A stretch of 64,000 nucleotides of DNA from Octopus sinensis (lineage: Eukaryota). The translations under genes were made by a program, and so were the position numbers. The stretch spans positions 160,828,001 to 160,892,000 of the forward strand of contig NC_042998.1 in the NCBI RefSeq assembly GCF_006345805.1, given 5' to 3'. This document shows, piece by piece, positions 38,440 through 51,822 of the stretch (positions are counted from its first letter, which is position 1; each line of letters starts with the position of its first letter). Below the pieces are notes generated by a model, which made no database searches, had not been told where the DNA came from, and saw only the letters and a list, made by a program, of their open reading frames with translations.

Positions 38440-38815
38440 AATCAGTACAATGAGATGATTAACCACGTCATTTCCAGTTTTCCAGTCTTTGCCAAGGCCA
38501 AGTATATTCATAGACATCACTGAATTAGCAACCATGTCAACCAGGCAATATGCCAACACTTCTACATGAAAATGGATAAGAAGTTGTATAAACATGTACC
38601 AACATGTTATGTCGACAACCATTTCCATTCAGATGAACAAAGTTCAAGGTAAACCATTCATGTATAACTATTAAGAGGAAATGAAAGTGAATGTACTGTG
38701 ATAAATGTCACAAATCCTTCTGTCCAAATGACAAAACTGCCAATGTACAAGGATCTTGAAATGTAAAAGGTAGGATGTTGGACATGAAAGTGGGAACAAT
38801 AGCAATAATAATCGA
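38440..38815 (+). mobile_element. Decayed R4/Dong-type RLE LINE 3' fragment
   Basis: ..CTVINVTNP...TKLPMYKDLE.. resembles the D.S.P.D....KY.DL.IE motif; ends in aataataat. Confidence 0.45.
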
Positions 38816-38826
38816 GGCATTGTGTA

Positions 38827-39127
38827 TCTTTTATCTTTCATTTGCTTCAGTCATTAGACTGCAGCCATGCTGAGGTAATGTCTTGAAGAATTTTCAGTTG
38901 AATGGAACAGTCCCAGTACATATTTTTGTTTTCTAAGCATGGTATTTATTCCATAGGTATCTTTTGTCAAACTGCTATGTTACGGGAACATAAAGACACC
39001 AGCATCAGTTGTCAAGTGGTAGTGGAGGACCTCAGGTGGAGGTTATAGTGAATATAACACAGTGGGACTGAACATGGAACCATGTGGTTGGGAATCAAAC
39101 TTCTTACCACACAGCCATGTTTGTACC
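38827..39127 (-). mobile_element. SINE family A copy
   Basis: Reverse complement of the family A consensus including the head (cttaccacacagccatg). Confidence 0.7.
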
Positions 39128-41302
39128 TAAATATATAATTTCTTTTTTATCTTTTTGTTAAGAGGGAAAGCAGAGCCCAATACCATTTACAGAGCTTCCA
39201 AGATGGGTGGGAAGATATATATCAAACCAGAATTCTGACTTCAGTGCTTGCAACAGAATGAGAGGAGGGAACAAAAGTACTCAAGATACCACATGGTGAT
39301 GTTACAACAGATGATGGATTGTGCACATCACTTGTGTAGGGCATAACTAGATTTGAACTAAAAATGCAAAAGACCAGATCATTTATAACAAGGTATCCAG
39401 TTGGATACTTTTGGAGGTCTTCTAATCCATCAGTCCACCATCCTGGATTAGCACATTTTCTTATTGATTCCAAAAGAACAAAAGGAAAAAATTACCTTAC
39501 CAGCATTTGAACTCAGATCATCGAGAGTGTCCTATGCAACAAGTCTCCTATACAACACCCTCACAACTCTGCTTTAAAATCAAAGATAACAAATATTGAA
39601 GTGTGATACACAGATGGCAATTTTATGTTCAACAGCTGTTTCATAAAGATAAACATCAGTACATGCATAATTACATAATTGAGATACATATTTAATAGAT
39701 TTAAAGTGAATTGATTTAAATTAAATCATATAAATACAGATTAGAGTAAGAGTGATGAATTTGTATCTTGTTCTGTCTTGAGAGGGTTATTACATCAGTA
39801 ATAATAAACAAGCACCGGTTCAATATTACATCTTTATTATTAGGCAAATGGGTAAATATGTAACCAACTAACTAATCGATCGTTTGTTTAATATGTTGGT
39901 TAAGCAATCAATCAGTTGTTTCTCAAAGTTCTTTCACTGGTATTCATGACCTCACCAGTGATATGTTCCTTATTTCTCTCTAAATATGAAGACAAAATGG
40001 ATCTGTAGAAGAAGTAAAAACAAAAAGGAGATCAGAGTTAGAAGTATTGAGAATGGTAAGTACTCTAATTTTAAAGCAAGAGTATTGGTGGTGATGATCA
40101 TGATGATGATGATGACGACGACGATGACAACGACAGTGACGACGATGACAATGGTGACAACGACAATGATGACGATCATTATTACTGAAAAATTTACGTA
40201 AATAAAGTAAAGCAAAATATGGTAACGAATAGATAAATTATATGAGGAACTCAATTCATTAAGGGATGCTAATCTCTGAAGACTGACTTTCCAATATAAA
40301 AATGGATCACCCTTGAACAGTTTCAGATTATAAATAAGCCTGGCTGTGAAAAAAAAAATCAAAGGAGAATAAAGTCTCTTGTGTAAAGTAATAACAACTT
40401 GACTAAGGAAATATAGAAACATAGCTTTAATGTTTGTTTTAATGATCAATGAATCCAGATCAGAAGGAAGTTGCTGATTGCATGTGGTAAACTATATCTA
40501 TACTAAAGTTTAATTAGAAGAACATAGGAATTGAACCCATGTCACATAGTTCAACATGTCTCTCAGTACCTGGGAGATTAACAAAATTTATCAAGTCTGT
40601 AGAGAAAGTCTAATGTCTATATCTATGACATGTTAGGATTACAAAAATAACAAGTATTACATTAAAATAATATTTATACAAACATTTATATCATCTTTTT
40701 TTTCAGCACTTGGTGTATGATGTAAGGAAGTAACTAGTAAAAATTGATGGCAACATTTTGAAATGATATCCTTATGAAAATACTTTTTTATTTAAAAAAT
40801 TGTATCAACCTATTTAATTTCTTAGTTTTGGTTAAATGCTGTAATTAAATAAATTTTGTGAGATAATGTGGTAGATAAGATACGTTGACCCTTTACACTT
40901 CAGATTACTCTGTGAAATGTAATACATATTCATTTACATGGTTTTGAAATATCATGCATTATCTTATAGTTTTGAGGTTTCAATGATATGAATGTTTATT
41001 TTTGAATGACATTGTCAGGTAGACATGAAAGGCCAGAGCCAACCAGTTCGAGCATAAAAACAGGTACAATTTTTGGACCTGATATAGTTGGTTTAACTGC
41101 TAAAGGGTTACATTAAATTTCTACAAAAAAAAAATTATTAAGAGAAACCCCTGGAAAGATGTTATGGCACAAATTATTTTGTTTTCTTTTTGAAAAAAGA
41201 GCTTGTTTATTCTACCACTTGCAGTGATAAACAATTACTAACAGCAATATTTATAAAAATGCCATTTTAAAAAATTAACTCAGATACTACTCCCCGCCCA
41301 TC

Positions 41303-41813
41303 AAATTGCTTATTACACTAATCTATTTCCATTTCTTTGCTTAACATTTCTAGTCCCCCTGTTATTATGTTGTAATGATTTTCTATTTGTATCAGATTCC
41401 ATCCTCTCTTCATGCTGGACTGGCATATTATATTAATATCAGCTTCTGAGTGGCTTCTGAACACTACAAGTAGTACTTGAGTCATTTTCCTGTTTAAGCT
41501 GTTCAATTTACTTAACTTTCAGTGTATTATGTTGAAACTAGTTTAAAACTGAGATGGCTAAAATATTTATAGCTATTACTTTATTTCAAGCTTTCATTTT
41601 TTTGACAAACTCTTCTATTTTCTAATTTTCTCTCTCATTTTAAGCTACTCAGAACTATTTGTGAAGACATCTTGTTTTTTGGAAGTTTGTTTCCTAGCCA
41701 CTTGGTTCTGTGGTCAGTTTCACTGCTTGGCATCTTGGGCATGTGTCTTATACTATAACCTGAGGGTGACCAAAGCCTTGTGAGTGGATTTGGTAAATAG
41801 AAACTGAAAGAAA
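41303..41813 (-). repeat. Right arm of the local inverted duplication
   Basis: Reverse complement of 37391-37882. Confidence 0.9.
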
Positions 41814-41837
41814 GTTAGTGCATATATATATATATGT

Positions 41838-42172
41838 GAGCTGAGAACCCCTTCGGTCATGACTGACCATGAGATTGCACCTAGAAAGTTACCCTCCCAA
41901 GCACAAGTCCGGGCAAGGTTGTTTATGGAAGACCAGCAGTCGCCCATGCATACCAGCCACTCCTCTCCATGCCACCAGTATTATCCAAGGGAAAGGCAAC
42001 AGCAGATACAGCGTGGCACCTGTGACGTCACAACTCATTTCTACAGCTGAGTGTACTGGAGCAACGTGAAACAAAGTGTCTTGCTCAAGAACACAACATG
42101 CAGCCTGGTCCGGGATTTGAACTCACAACCTCACAATCGTAAGCTCGACGCTCTAACCACTGAGCTATGTAC
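41838..42172 (-). mobile_element. tRNA-derived SINE (family D) with Deu/Meta-like central domain
   Basis: Minus strand: agctcagtggttagagcgtcgagcttacgattgtgaggttgtgagttcaaatcccgg (A and B boxes), then gtgttcttgagcaagacactt...gctccagtacactcagctgt. Confidence 0.75.
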
Positions 42173-43578
42173 ATACATGCATACACACACACACATGCCC
42201 GCACACACACACATGCACGCACATGCATACAAACATATGTTTTGAGTTCAACTTCCACTGAAGATAACTTTGCCTTTCATCCTTTCAGGGTCGATGAAGT
42301 AAGTACCAGTCAAGTACTGGGGTTGAGGTAATTGACTACATTCTCCCACAAATTTCAGGCCTTGCTGTTGTTTCATAATTTTGCTTAGAATTGAATTCTA
42401 AATTCCATTCAATTTTCTGTTCCATTCACCATAGGTAGCATCTTACAATTCTATGGGTATAATATATTGTACTCCCCAGTGATTAATCAATGACTGTTTT
42501 CCCAAGTTAAAACCATTGAATTTTTGTATGCTTTTCTTTCTCCTTCCTCAATCATAAATCTCTTTCTTATATCAACCTTAAAAAATTGCTGAATGTCTTA
42601 GAAAAGATTGCTTTATCATAATATTTTGTGTCAGCATCTTCTAATTTAATTATTTGCTTAATATACTCTTTATCCGGTAGGTGACTGAAATATTTCCTGG
42701 GATTCTAATTGTATTGAATATATTGTAGCTGCAGCTCTACATCTACAATGTTTTGTCTCCTATTTGTATATCCACAAATATTATGTCATTTGCATTATAT
42801 TTTCTTATGTAAAATCACTCTCTTCCACTGTGAACAACATCCTTACAAATATATAGTCAATGGAAAGGAAAAACCTGCAACTTTTTGTTACATTTGAATA
42901 CTGAACAACATATCTCAAGGAAAAACTTTTATAATCTGCATATTTTTCTCTTCTACAAAAGAAAGTGTATTGAAGAAATGGTTTATTTTAAGTTTTTTTT
43001 TTTTTGCTACTAAATATTCTTGACATGATATTGGAACTAATTCTGTTGACAGAACAAAATATAGTAACTTATATCTGCAACTTGAAGTGAATCATCTCAG
43101 TTGCTTATTATCACTGGAATTTTCATTGGCATTTATATTTATTCAATGTTAGAGACTACAGTCACTTTAAAATTTCAGTGTGAATGGGTTTCTCTGTTTG
43201 AAACCTGGTTTTGAAATTTGAAGTAACAGTTGTTTCCAATATTGCAATATTGTATAACAACATTGCATTAAACATGGTTATTTTCAAAATATACTTGTGT
43301 TTTTAATTGCTAAACTGAAGAACATTCATTAATTGACCTCTAACAATCATAATTAAAATTAAGCTTAATTTAAAAAAAAAAAAAGATTACAGTCGAAAGT
43401 TGATCAAAAGTTAGTTATTTATTGTTTTTTTTTTAAAAGATACACAGAAGAGCGAGGAGCATATTTGTTGACATCTTCAGGTCCTTCAAGAGTGATGAGA
43501 ATGAAACAAGGTGTCCAACTTGAAGAGCTAAGTCAGTATCTGAAAGGAAAATCTGGCTAGGGAGAGAAGTGGAGTTTA

Positions 43579-44820
43579 CAAGGGTGGGCTGAAAAGTTTA
43601 TAGGCTATGAGGAGTGATGCTAGGGATGTGAAATCTTGCATGCATTCATTTCAGTTCTTCTTATTAATAACTGAATTATTTGTTTCCAACTTAACTGACA
43701 TCTAACTGTTCAAAGAAGACTTCAAAAGTAACTAGCAATGACTTCTCTTGAAAATGGACAAAATTTGGCATCATAGTGTTATCAAATACCTGCAGAAAAA
43801 TGCTTTAGTCCCCAAGGGCAGTCACACTGGCATGGTTGCTACATTAGGAGATGATGCTCCAGCTTTATCAACAATGTAAAAGTGGGTAGCTGAAGTTATG
43901 AGGGGAGGGAAGAGTCTTAAAGATAACCCAAAAGTTTGGACACCCTACAACTGCCACCTGGAGGAAAACATTGATAGTGTTCACCATATGGTGATGGATG
44001 ACATAAATCAAATAGCCAACGCCATGAGTATATCCCATGAGAGAGTTGAGAATATTCTGCCTACGTAACTTGGCATGATGAAGGTTTCTGCCACCTGGCT
44101 GAGCACGTCATGGGAAAATTTGACATTGTTTGAGGCAGATCCAGCTAGTTTCCTTGAATGTTTCATAACCCAGGATGAGTGTTGCTTTCATCACTTTGAG
44201 CCAAAAACAAAGAGACATTCCATGCAGTGGAAACACCCAACTTCTCAACTACTCCAAAGAAGGCCAGGGTCGTTTCACCTGCAGGGAAGGTGATGGCCTC
44301 AGGTTTTTGGAATGCAAAAGGCATTGTGTTTATTGACTATCTTGAAAAGGGCCAGACCATCAATGTAGAGTATGATGCCAACTAGTTGAGGCAGTTACAA
44401 AAGGAAATCAACACAAAACACTTACAAAAACTAAAAGAAAAGAGGTTCTGTTTCATCAATACAATGCTCCAGCACACAAGTCTTTGGGTTCAATGGTTTC
44501 TGTGCATGACTGTGGCTTTCAACTAGTTAACCATTATCACTACTCCTCTGATCTGGCCCCATCTAACTATCATTTGTTTTCCAACAGGGAAAAATCTTTG
44601 GTTGGGAACCAGCATCGCAGCGATGATGACATCATATCTGCTGTTGATGCTTTCTTGACCAACAGGATGAAAGCTTCTTCACCAATGGTATTCAAGCACT
44701 GCAACACCGACGGAAGAAGTGTGTGTACCATAAGGGGGACAATGTTGAAAAATAAACCCCATTTGGTCACATTCCATGAGAATATCTTGATCAGCTTATG
44801 AACTTTTCAGCTGACCCTCA
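43579..44820 (+). mobile_element. Full-length decayed mariner (DD34D) transposon, 1242 bp
   Basis: TA|caagggtgggctgaaaagtttataggct ... agcttatgaacttttcagctgaccctca|TA (~28-bp TIRs); FITQDE..HHFEPKTKRHSMQWKHP, GKVMA..FW, FHQ.NAPAHK, YSSDLAPSNYHLF; many stops and frameshifts. Confidence 0.92.
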
Positions 44821-45618
44821 TAATGTTAATGTTTGCTTCAGAGCTGAGTTAACTTGAAATAGGTGGTGTGTTAGGCCCACCACAAAAACTAGATATACTA
44901 CATAAAGACTTGTGAACCCTTCACTGAGGTTTCAAATGCATCTTTAATGAAGACTTGCAGTGTTGTTTCAGCAGTATATAAGTAGTATGCAGAGATGCAT
45001 TAAAAGTTGAAGAAAATACTTTATTTGAATGATCTTTGTCAGAAGGTTTGCTTAATGAAGCAAAGCTGATATCATAAGATGAATTGCTTGTAGATTTTGC
45101 TTCATTAAAGCCACATTGGTTGGTATTAACTGAAAGAAGGGAAGTTCAGTGAATATTGGTTGAGATATATTTATCTCTTTCCATGTTTTAAAAGTGACTA
45201 TAATTAGACAATAGCTGAAGGAATGAGAAAACTTTTTCTGTTGGATACATATAATATGCATTTCATAATATTCTTATGTGCACAAACACACACTCACTTG
45301 AATACACCACTCCCTTATATGTGTGCGTGCATGTGTGTGTGTGTGTGCATGTGTGCATGTGTGCATGTGTGTGTACATGTGTGTGCATGTGTGTGAGCAT
45401 GCATATATATAGGTTTTGTTTATGTGATATGCTGGTATTTCATTTTCAAACTGCAGACAAATGCATGCACACACACACACACACACGCGCGTGTGATACC
45501 ATGAATTTCTATCAAAAAACTTTTCAGTGAGTGATTTTCATCACAAACAACTTTCCATAGGAACAACATTTTTGTCAAAATAACTTTGTACCAAAAAATG
45601 ACTATTTATTAAAATGAA

Positions 45619-46022
45619 GTAAGTAATTTCAGGGGAAGGTATATGCAGCATATGCATTTGCTTAGAATCAGGAATAGAGAGAATTCCACCTCTTTATCTC
45701 ATTTCCTCTGTTTTGTGCTCTGTTGTCTGAATAGTAAACTCCCAATCTTAATGTCCACAAAATTATGATAAATAACAATCACAAGTTTCTGACAAAAAAT
45801 ATAAACTATGGGAAATATATTATTCTGTAGCATAGTTTATATTTTTTGACAGAAACTTGTGATTGTTATTTATCATAATTTTGTGGACATTAAGATTGGG
45901 AGTTTACGATTTAGACAACAGAGCACAAAACAGAGCAAATGAGATAAAGAGGTGGACTTCTCTCTATTCCTGATTCTAAGCAAATGCATATGCTGCATGT
46001 ACATTCCCATGAAATTACTTAC
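45619..46022. repeat. Near-perfect 404-bp palindrome (192-bp arms, 20-nt spacer)
   Basis: 45619-45810 versus the reverse complement of 45831-46022: about 8 mismatches by eye, no indels. Confidence 0.92.
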
Positions 46023-46680
46023 TGCGATGCCAGTATAGCATCTTGTGATGTCATCAGCAGGTGTGAGGGTGGTTATGTAGACTACAGCCCTTAAAAGACA
46101 AACTTCTCCTAGGAGGCAGCTGGTAGGATTTCGACGATTACAGGTTGGGGTTGGATGTTGTGCAGATGCATGTTTGCATCTGTCATAGCATGAAATGTTA
46201 GAAGTGATGCTTTCTAAGCTGGAGTAGCTCATCTTCACATTATGTGGGTTTAAAAGCTTAAAGTACTTATGGAGGGTTGAACTAGATTATATTTTTTTTT
46301 CTAGTCCTCTTCAGGTACAGGATGAGATTTTGGTCCTACATATATGCTAATGTTTCAGAAAATCCACTCAACAATGCATCATTGTAGGGGGAAGCCCTAT
46401 TCAAGACCTTATTGGTTGAAAGCTTATATATTCTGCTAACACCTGGAACTGGGTTTCTAATTACAGTGGTGGAGGTAATTTGAACTTCTGTGGATGTACA
46501 TAGTTTCCTCTCCTTGGACTTCCTGTAATGGTATTGTTTAGCGGTTTTCAGGACTAGGGTCACGTCTAGAAAGTCGATTGTGGTCAAGTTAGTGGTAATT
46601 GTTTTGAACAGGCCGAATTCTTTGAAGAATCAGGTCCTTACTAAACTTGTCCATGGTGTGGCCACCATATGGCTTAAGAT
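45936..46680 (-). mobile_element. Penelope-like element remnant: RT thumb, linker and GIY-YIG
   Basis: MDKFSKDL..FFKEFGL...IDFLDVTL.LKT...YRK..., YNDALLSGF, NVKMSYS, CN.RN..SC.L...CL.RAVVY...YTG...KSTSLSHL. Confidence 0.8.
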
Positions 46681-46891
46681 GTCAGTGTCATTATGAATGC
46701 TAAAAAGTCAATCCTGGTTCATGACGATTCCTTCTGTGTAAATAAAGAAGGAAATCCATTGTTCGATGTTTCTACAGGGAGCTACAATGGGGCTGAGATC
46801 ACCAACCTTGTCGTGTAATTTATTCTGGATATCCTCAAGAAACGCACACATCTAAACAGGTCAGCCCTTTACAGGAACGACAGCCTGGTAA
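46678..46891 (+). mobile_element. Inverted 5' segment of the same PLE (RT motifs B'-C)
   Basis: IMNAKKSILVHDDSFCVNKEGNPLFDVSTGSYNGAEITNLVV*FILDILKK...ALYRNDSLV corresponds to FDVTMGSYDGAE...LYRDDGL. Confidence 0.8.
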
Positions 46892-46904
46892 GAAGACAGT
46901 TACA

Positions 46905-47097
46905 CAGAAGCACACACACACACACGTATACATATGTGTATATGTACACACACATTCAATGTTACCAAACCCACTCACAAGGTTTTGGTTGGGCCCATAA
47001 TACAAAACTCTTGCCCAAAAGTACCATGCTATGAAATTGATCCTGACACCATGAGGTTGGAAAGCAAACTTCTTATTACACAGTCACATTTTGGCAT
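46905..47097 (-). mobile_element. SINE family A 5' half
   Basis: accaaacccactcacaagg...cttcttattacacagtcac (reverse complement of the head). Confidence 0.6.
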
Positions 47098-47671
47098 GCT
47101 TCTGTGGTTGGGTACCCTTCCAATACCACAAGCTTTACAGTTATAAAAAACTTTAGAGATACATTGGATAATGTACTCATGGATATAATATATACATGAA
47201 AAGCAGATTGGAAGGCCACGACTGGAATGCCTTTGATTGTAGGTGTGTTTAAACAAGGCTAACTTTAGATTAAAAACAATAACAACTAAAATACTGGAAA
47301 AGTGAACCTGCAAATCCATCTGTTTACTTTCTAATTTTATCACATCTTAACAGAGTCTTCCCATTAAGCTTATTGCACTATATGGATACAGTAATTCTGT
47401 TCAGACTGGAAAATTAAGCCTCAGTCGTTATTGGCTTCTCACAAACAATGATATAAACAATTCACTCTCAGTCATCATTGACTTCAGACAACATCCAACT
47501 TCACCACGTGAAGTTGTTTATCTTAATGCCTTCCATGAGGTACACAAGATATCTTTCAACCTATATGACCATATGGTTCAACATATCATTTACCTTTGAG
47601 TTTGTGTATGAGAGAGAGAGAGGGAGGGTGGGAAAGAGAGGGAGAAAAAGTGAAAGTGTGTGCATGCGTGC

Positions 47672-47743
<72 letters not shown>

Positions 47744-49010
47744 TACTAGTGCAGCAGAGTCAATGAGAAGTTGGTTTTGTAATCTAGATTTGATCCCAGA
47801 ACAGAACCTTACATTGGTCCAAGCGTTGTGGGTGAAAATAGGTTGATGAAAATATTGTGTAGAAGTCTTTCAGGTGGACTGTATCTGCAATTCAGAGAAC
47901 TTTCTTGCATACTATATCATGCTTCCTTTCCTTCCTTCCTTTCCTTCCTTCCTTCCATCCTTCCTTCCATCCTACCTTTCTTACCTTGACATTACTTGAA
48001 ATTTGTAAATGGGTATCTCTGTCATGCAAGCAGTGTCCTTCACTTCCAGTCTTCTGTGCAAAGATGTCTGGTTATAGGGAAATATTACTTCACTTAGAAA
48101 TAGATGCGGCTTGGTAACAGAAAAGGTACCTGGTCATAGGACAAATTCTACCCAAACCCAGGCAAGTATAGAAAAATGAATGTTAAAACAATGATGATGA
48201 TGCTGACAACAAAGGTGATGACAATGCTGCTGCTGATGATGATGATGAAGTGTGGTCCCTTGACCACTGGCGGGTATTGTCTTTGAGTAAGAACTGGCTT
48301 GCAGCATATCAACCCATCCAACACAGACCAGCATGGAAAATGATGTTATTTGGTGTGATTTGGGTGAAATTTGGCTGCTATTTCTTGCTATTCATGTTAA
48401 GATGAATAGCAAGTTCTCCATTAGGCTTGACTTTATGGAACTTCACTGATGCAGTTTCATCCAATAATGCACATGACTGGAGGTTTATGTCTCTGAAGGA
48501 TATCACTTCACTTTCTACAGCATCCTTTGAAGACATAGTTGCTATTAGGCCTTTCTTATATAATAAGAGATATAGGTTTCAAATTTTAGCACAGGGTCAG
48601 AAATTTCGAGGGTGGGGCAAGTCAATTACATCAACCCCAATATTTGACTGGTACTTTTTTTATTGACCTGAAAAGGATGAAAGGCGAAGTTGACCTTGGC
48701 TGCATTTGAACTCAGAACATGAAGATGTACAAAATGCTGCTAGGCATTTTGCCCAGCATTCTAACAATTCTGCCAGCTTGCCACCTTGTATAGTAGGTGA
48801 AATTACTGGACTGTGATAGGTCTTACATTATGTGAAACCTGGGAATCAGAAACTGAAATGCCTTTTTATTAATCTTCACTGACTGACAACTTCTGGATTT
48901 TTCTGTAACCTTTAGTTATTGTTGAGTAACTTTATTTTTTTCTTTAAAAGAATTGAAGGAAATCTCTGCCCCTTTTTTCTTTATTTTACTAAATATAATG
49001 TATTTATTTA

Positions 49011-49412
49011 CAGGTGTGGCTGTGTGGTTAACAGACTTGCATTGCAACCATGTGGCTTCAAGTTCAGTCTCATTACTGGATGCCTGGGGCCAGTGTTTTC
49101 TATTATAGCCCCAAGCCGACCAATGCCTTCGAAGGCAATTTGGTAAGCAGAAACCGTGTGGAAACTTGTTGTATATATGTGTATTTGTGTACATGTGTAT
49201 GTATATGTGTGTGTATTTGTGTTCCTCCACTACTTGACAACCAGTGTTGATTTGTTTACATCCCTGTCATCTAGCAATTTAGTAAAAAAGATTGATAAAA
49301 CAGGTACCAGGTTTAAAAGTAAGTACTGAGGTGGATTTTGTCAACTAAACCCTTCAAAGCAGTGCCCCAGCATGGCCATGATCCAATGACTGGGTAAAGG
49401 TAAAATATAAGA
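49011..49412 (+). mobile_element. SINE family A copy
   Basis: caggtgtggctgtgtggttaa...gcttcaagttcagtc...cagcatggcc...aatgact. Confidence 0.8.
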
Positions 49413-50973
49413 GATACTAAGACTGCATGTTTATTAATTTTTCTTCTCGGGTTTCTAGCATGGATCACTAGACTCCAATCATTACCATCACTGCCATAAT
49501 CACCTTTGTCACTCTTCACTATTAATATGAAAAATTATCAAAGAGTTTCCTGAACTCAATCAGTTTCTAAAGTAGATTGAGTTTATGGTAAAAAAAAAAA
49601 AAAAATTTAGTAATATGAAGCGTATCAGTCTGGCCAACAAATGTTGCTACTTCAGAATCAATCAACATTATGTTTGCATCAAAATAAGGCAGTTTATCAG
49701 TTTGCTCCAGTGACTGCATTCATTTATTGAATTTGCATTTAGATCAGAGCTTAAGAGTTTTGTCTTTTGTGACCCTCAATCACAAAATTTATAGACATTT
49801 ACTTCACTTTGAATATCTATTAAAATTGAAGGTTAACAGCAAGTAACATTATTTCAAACCATGGTCTTTAAAGGAACTTTGCTTTAAAGAAACATATCAA
49901 ATTAGATAATCTTTTAGTGTAGGAAAAAGACCATATGTAATGATGCTGTTTGCCCACACTTGTAAATCACATTTTTATTTAATTATTTAACTGAAGTGAA
50001 TCCAACGATTGATTTGAAGAAGATAAAAGCAGCTTTGGTTGTATTATCATGAAAGCCTTACCATGGTGTGTGTAATTAAAAATTTTTTTTAACTTCTAAA
50101 CAGTCAAGTTATTTTAGAACTGAGATAAATCCAAAGTATTAGTGGATTCATTGTTTATTTGTACAAGACGGGTGTGACTGTGATGTTTTCAAAAGAGATG
50201 ATGGTTAGTAAAAGGCAGCAATGGATAAAAGAATTCCAGTGTAATGTAATGTTGTATATAGTGTGTATAAAGTCTGGCAGGAGTGGTGAATGAAATGCAA
50301 TGAAAAAAAGAGAGAGAAATGTGTGCAGTGGAACCAATTCATTCTGCTTAGGCTGTAGCTGTCCAACTGAAATGTGTGGAAGCCATTATAGTAAATGTAA
50401 ACACATTGGTGTGCCTTTTGCTTTTGATAAATACTAAATAGCTTCTAAATTCATGTTGTTTTGTCCAAGCCAGCTATGATCAAGCAGATTTATAATAAAC
50501 AGGATTACAGCCACGAATGCTCTATCAAATGTATAATTTAGATTATTTTATATGATAGGATGTGGGTTGAGGGAGATTTAGCTGCTATTTCTGGCATTTT
50601 AAGAAACTACCTTCATTACTTGATCTAAATTCATGTTCAGCTATGTGGAGAAGATCTTTCTCTGTTGGTAAGAAGGAACATTTTAAAGCCAGCAGTGGAC
50701 TAATACAGAATAAGGATCATATAGCTATGATATTGGTGTTCAAGAAGAGGTAGAGGTAGACAAAACTTTTATTGGTGAACAGATGAGGGTAATGAACTTT
50801 TATTGGTGAATGGATAGAGGGTGATGTACTTCACAGAAAGAATTTTCCATGGTAAACAAGTAGATGATTACATAATTGGTAGAAGGAACATTCATTGATG
50901 AACAAAAATCAAAATACAAAGCAGAAGACAAGATTTATCATTATTATGATTGTTACTACTACTACCACTACCA

Positions 50974-51012
<39 letters not shown>

Positions 51013-51264
51013 TCATCATCATTAAAGCAGTGAGCTGGCAGAATCATTAGTATACCAGGTGAAATTCTTAGCAGTATTTCGTCTGTCTCCTTGTTCTGAG
51101 TTCAAATTCCATCAAGGTTAACTTTGCCTTTCATCCTTCCAGGGTCGATAAAGTAAGTATCAGTTGACTTAACCCTCCCCCAAAATATAATTTATTTATC
51201 CCACCTTCAAAATTTCAGCTCTTTTGGCAAAATTTGAAACCATTGTTACTTATTATTATTATTG

Positions 51265-51708
51265 TTTTTCCCTTCTTTCTTCAAATTTTCTTCCATTTCT
51301 CGCCGAGTATTTTCCGTACACCTAGGGCAGAGAAGCTCATTGTATGCATTCCCAGATTACACACACAAATTCACAGGTAAAATATGTATTTAAAAAAATT
51401 AATAAATAACTAAATTCATGAATGGATGTTGTTTTCACAGCAATAATGCTCTTCTCAATACATGAGTCGTTCCAGTTAACATGATTTTTTGCACTTCCTG
51501 TAGGGATGGTAAGCCTGGTATTATTTTCAAATAGGTTTCAGTACCTTTTCTTATCATTCCTAGAGATCCCACAATCACTGGTACTGTAGTCACCTTGAGA
51601 TGCCACACTTTTTCAATTTCTATTAGCAAGTCTTTATATTTACTGATCTTGTCATATTCTTTCGCTGCTATATTGTGATCGCAAGGAATACTCATGTCAA
51701 TTGATAAA
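51265..51708 (-). mobile_element. R4/Dong-type RLE LINE 3' fragment inserted in (AAT)n
   Basis: MSIPCDHNIAAKEYDKISKYKDLLIEIEKVWHLKVTTVPVIVGSLGMI...GTTHVLRRALLL*; (AAT)n on both sides. Confidence 0.85.
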
Positions 51709-51822
<114 letters not shown>

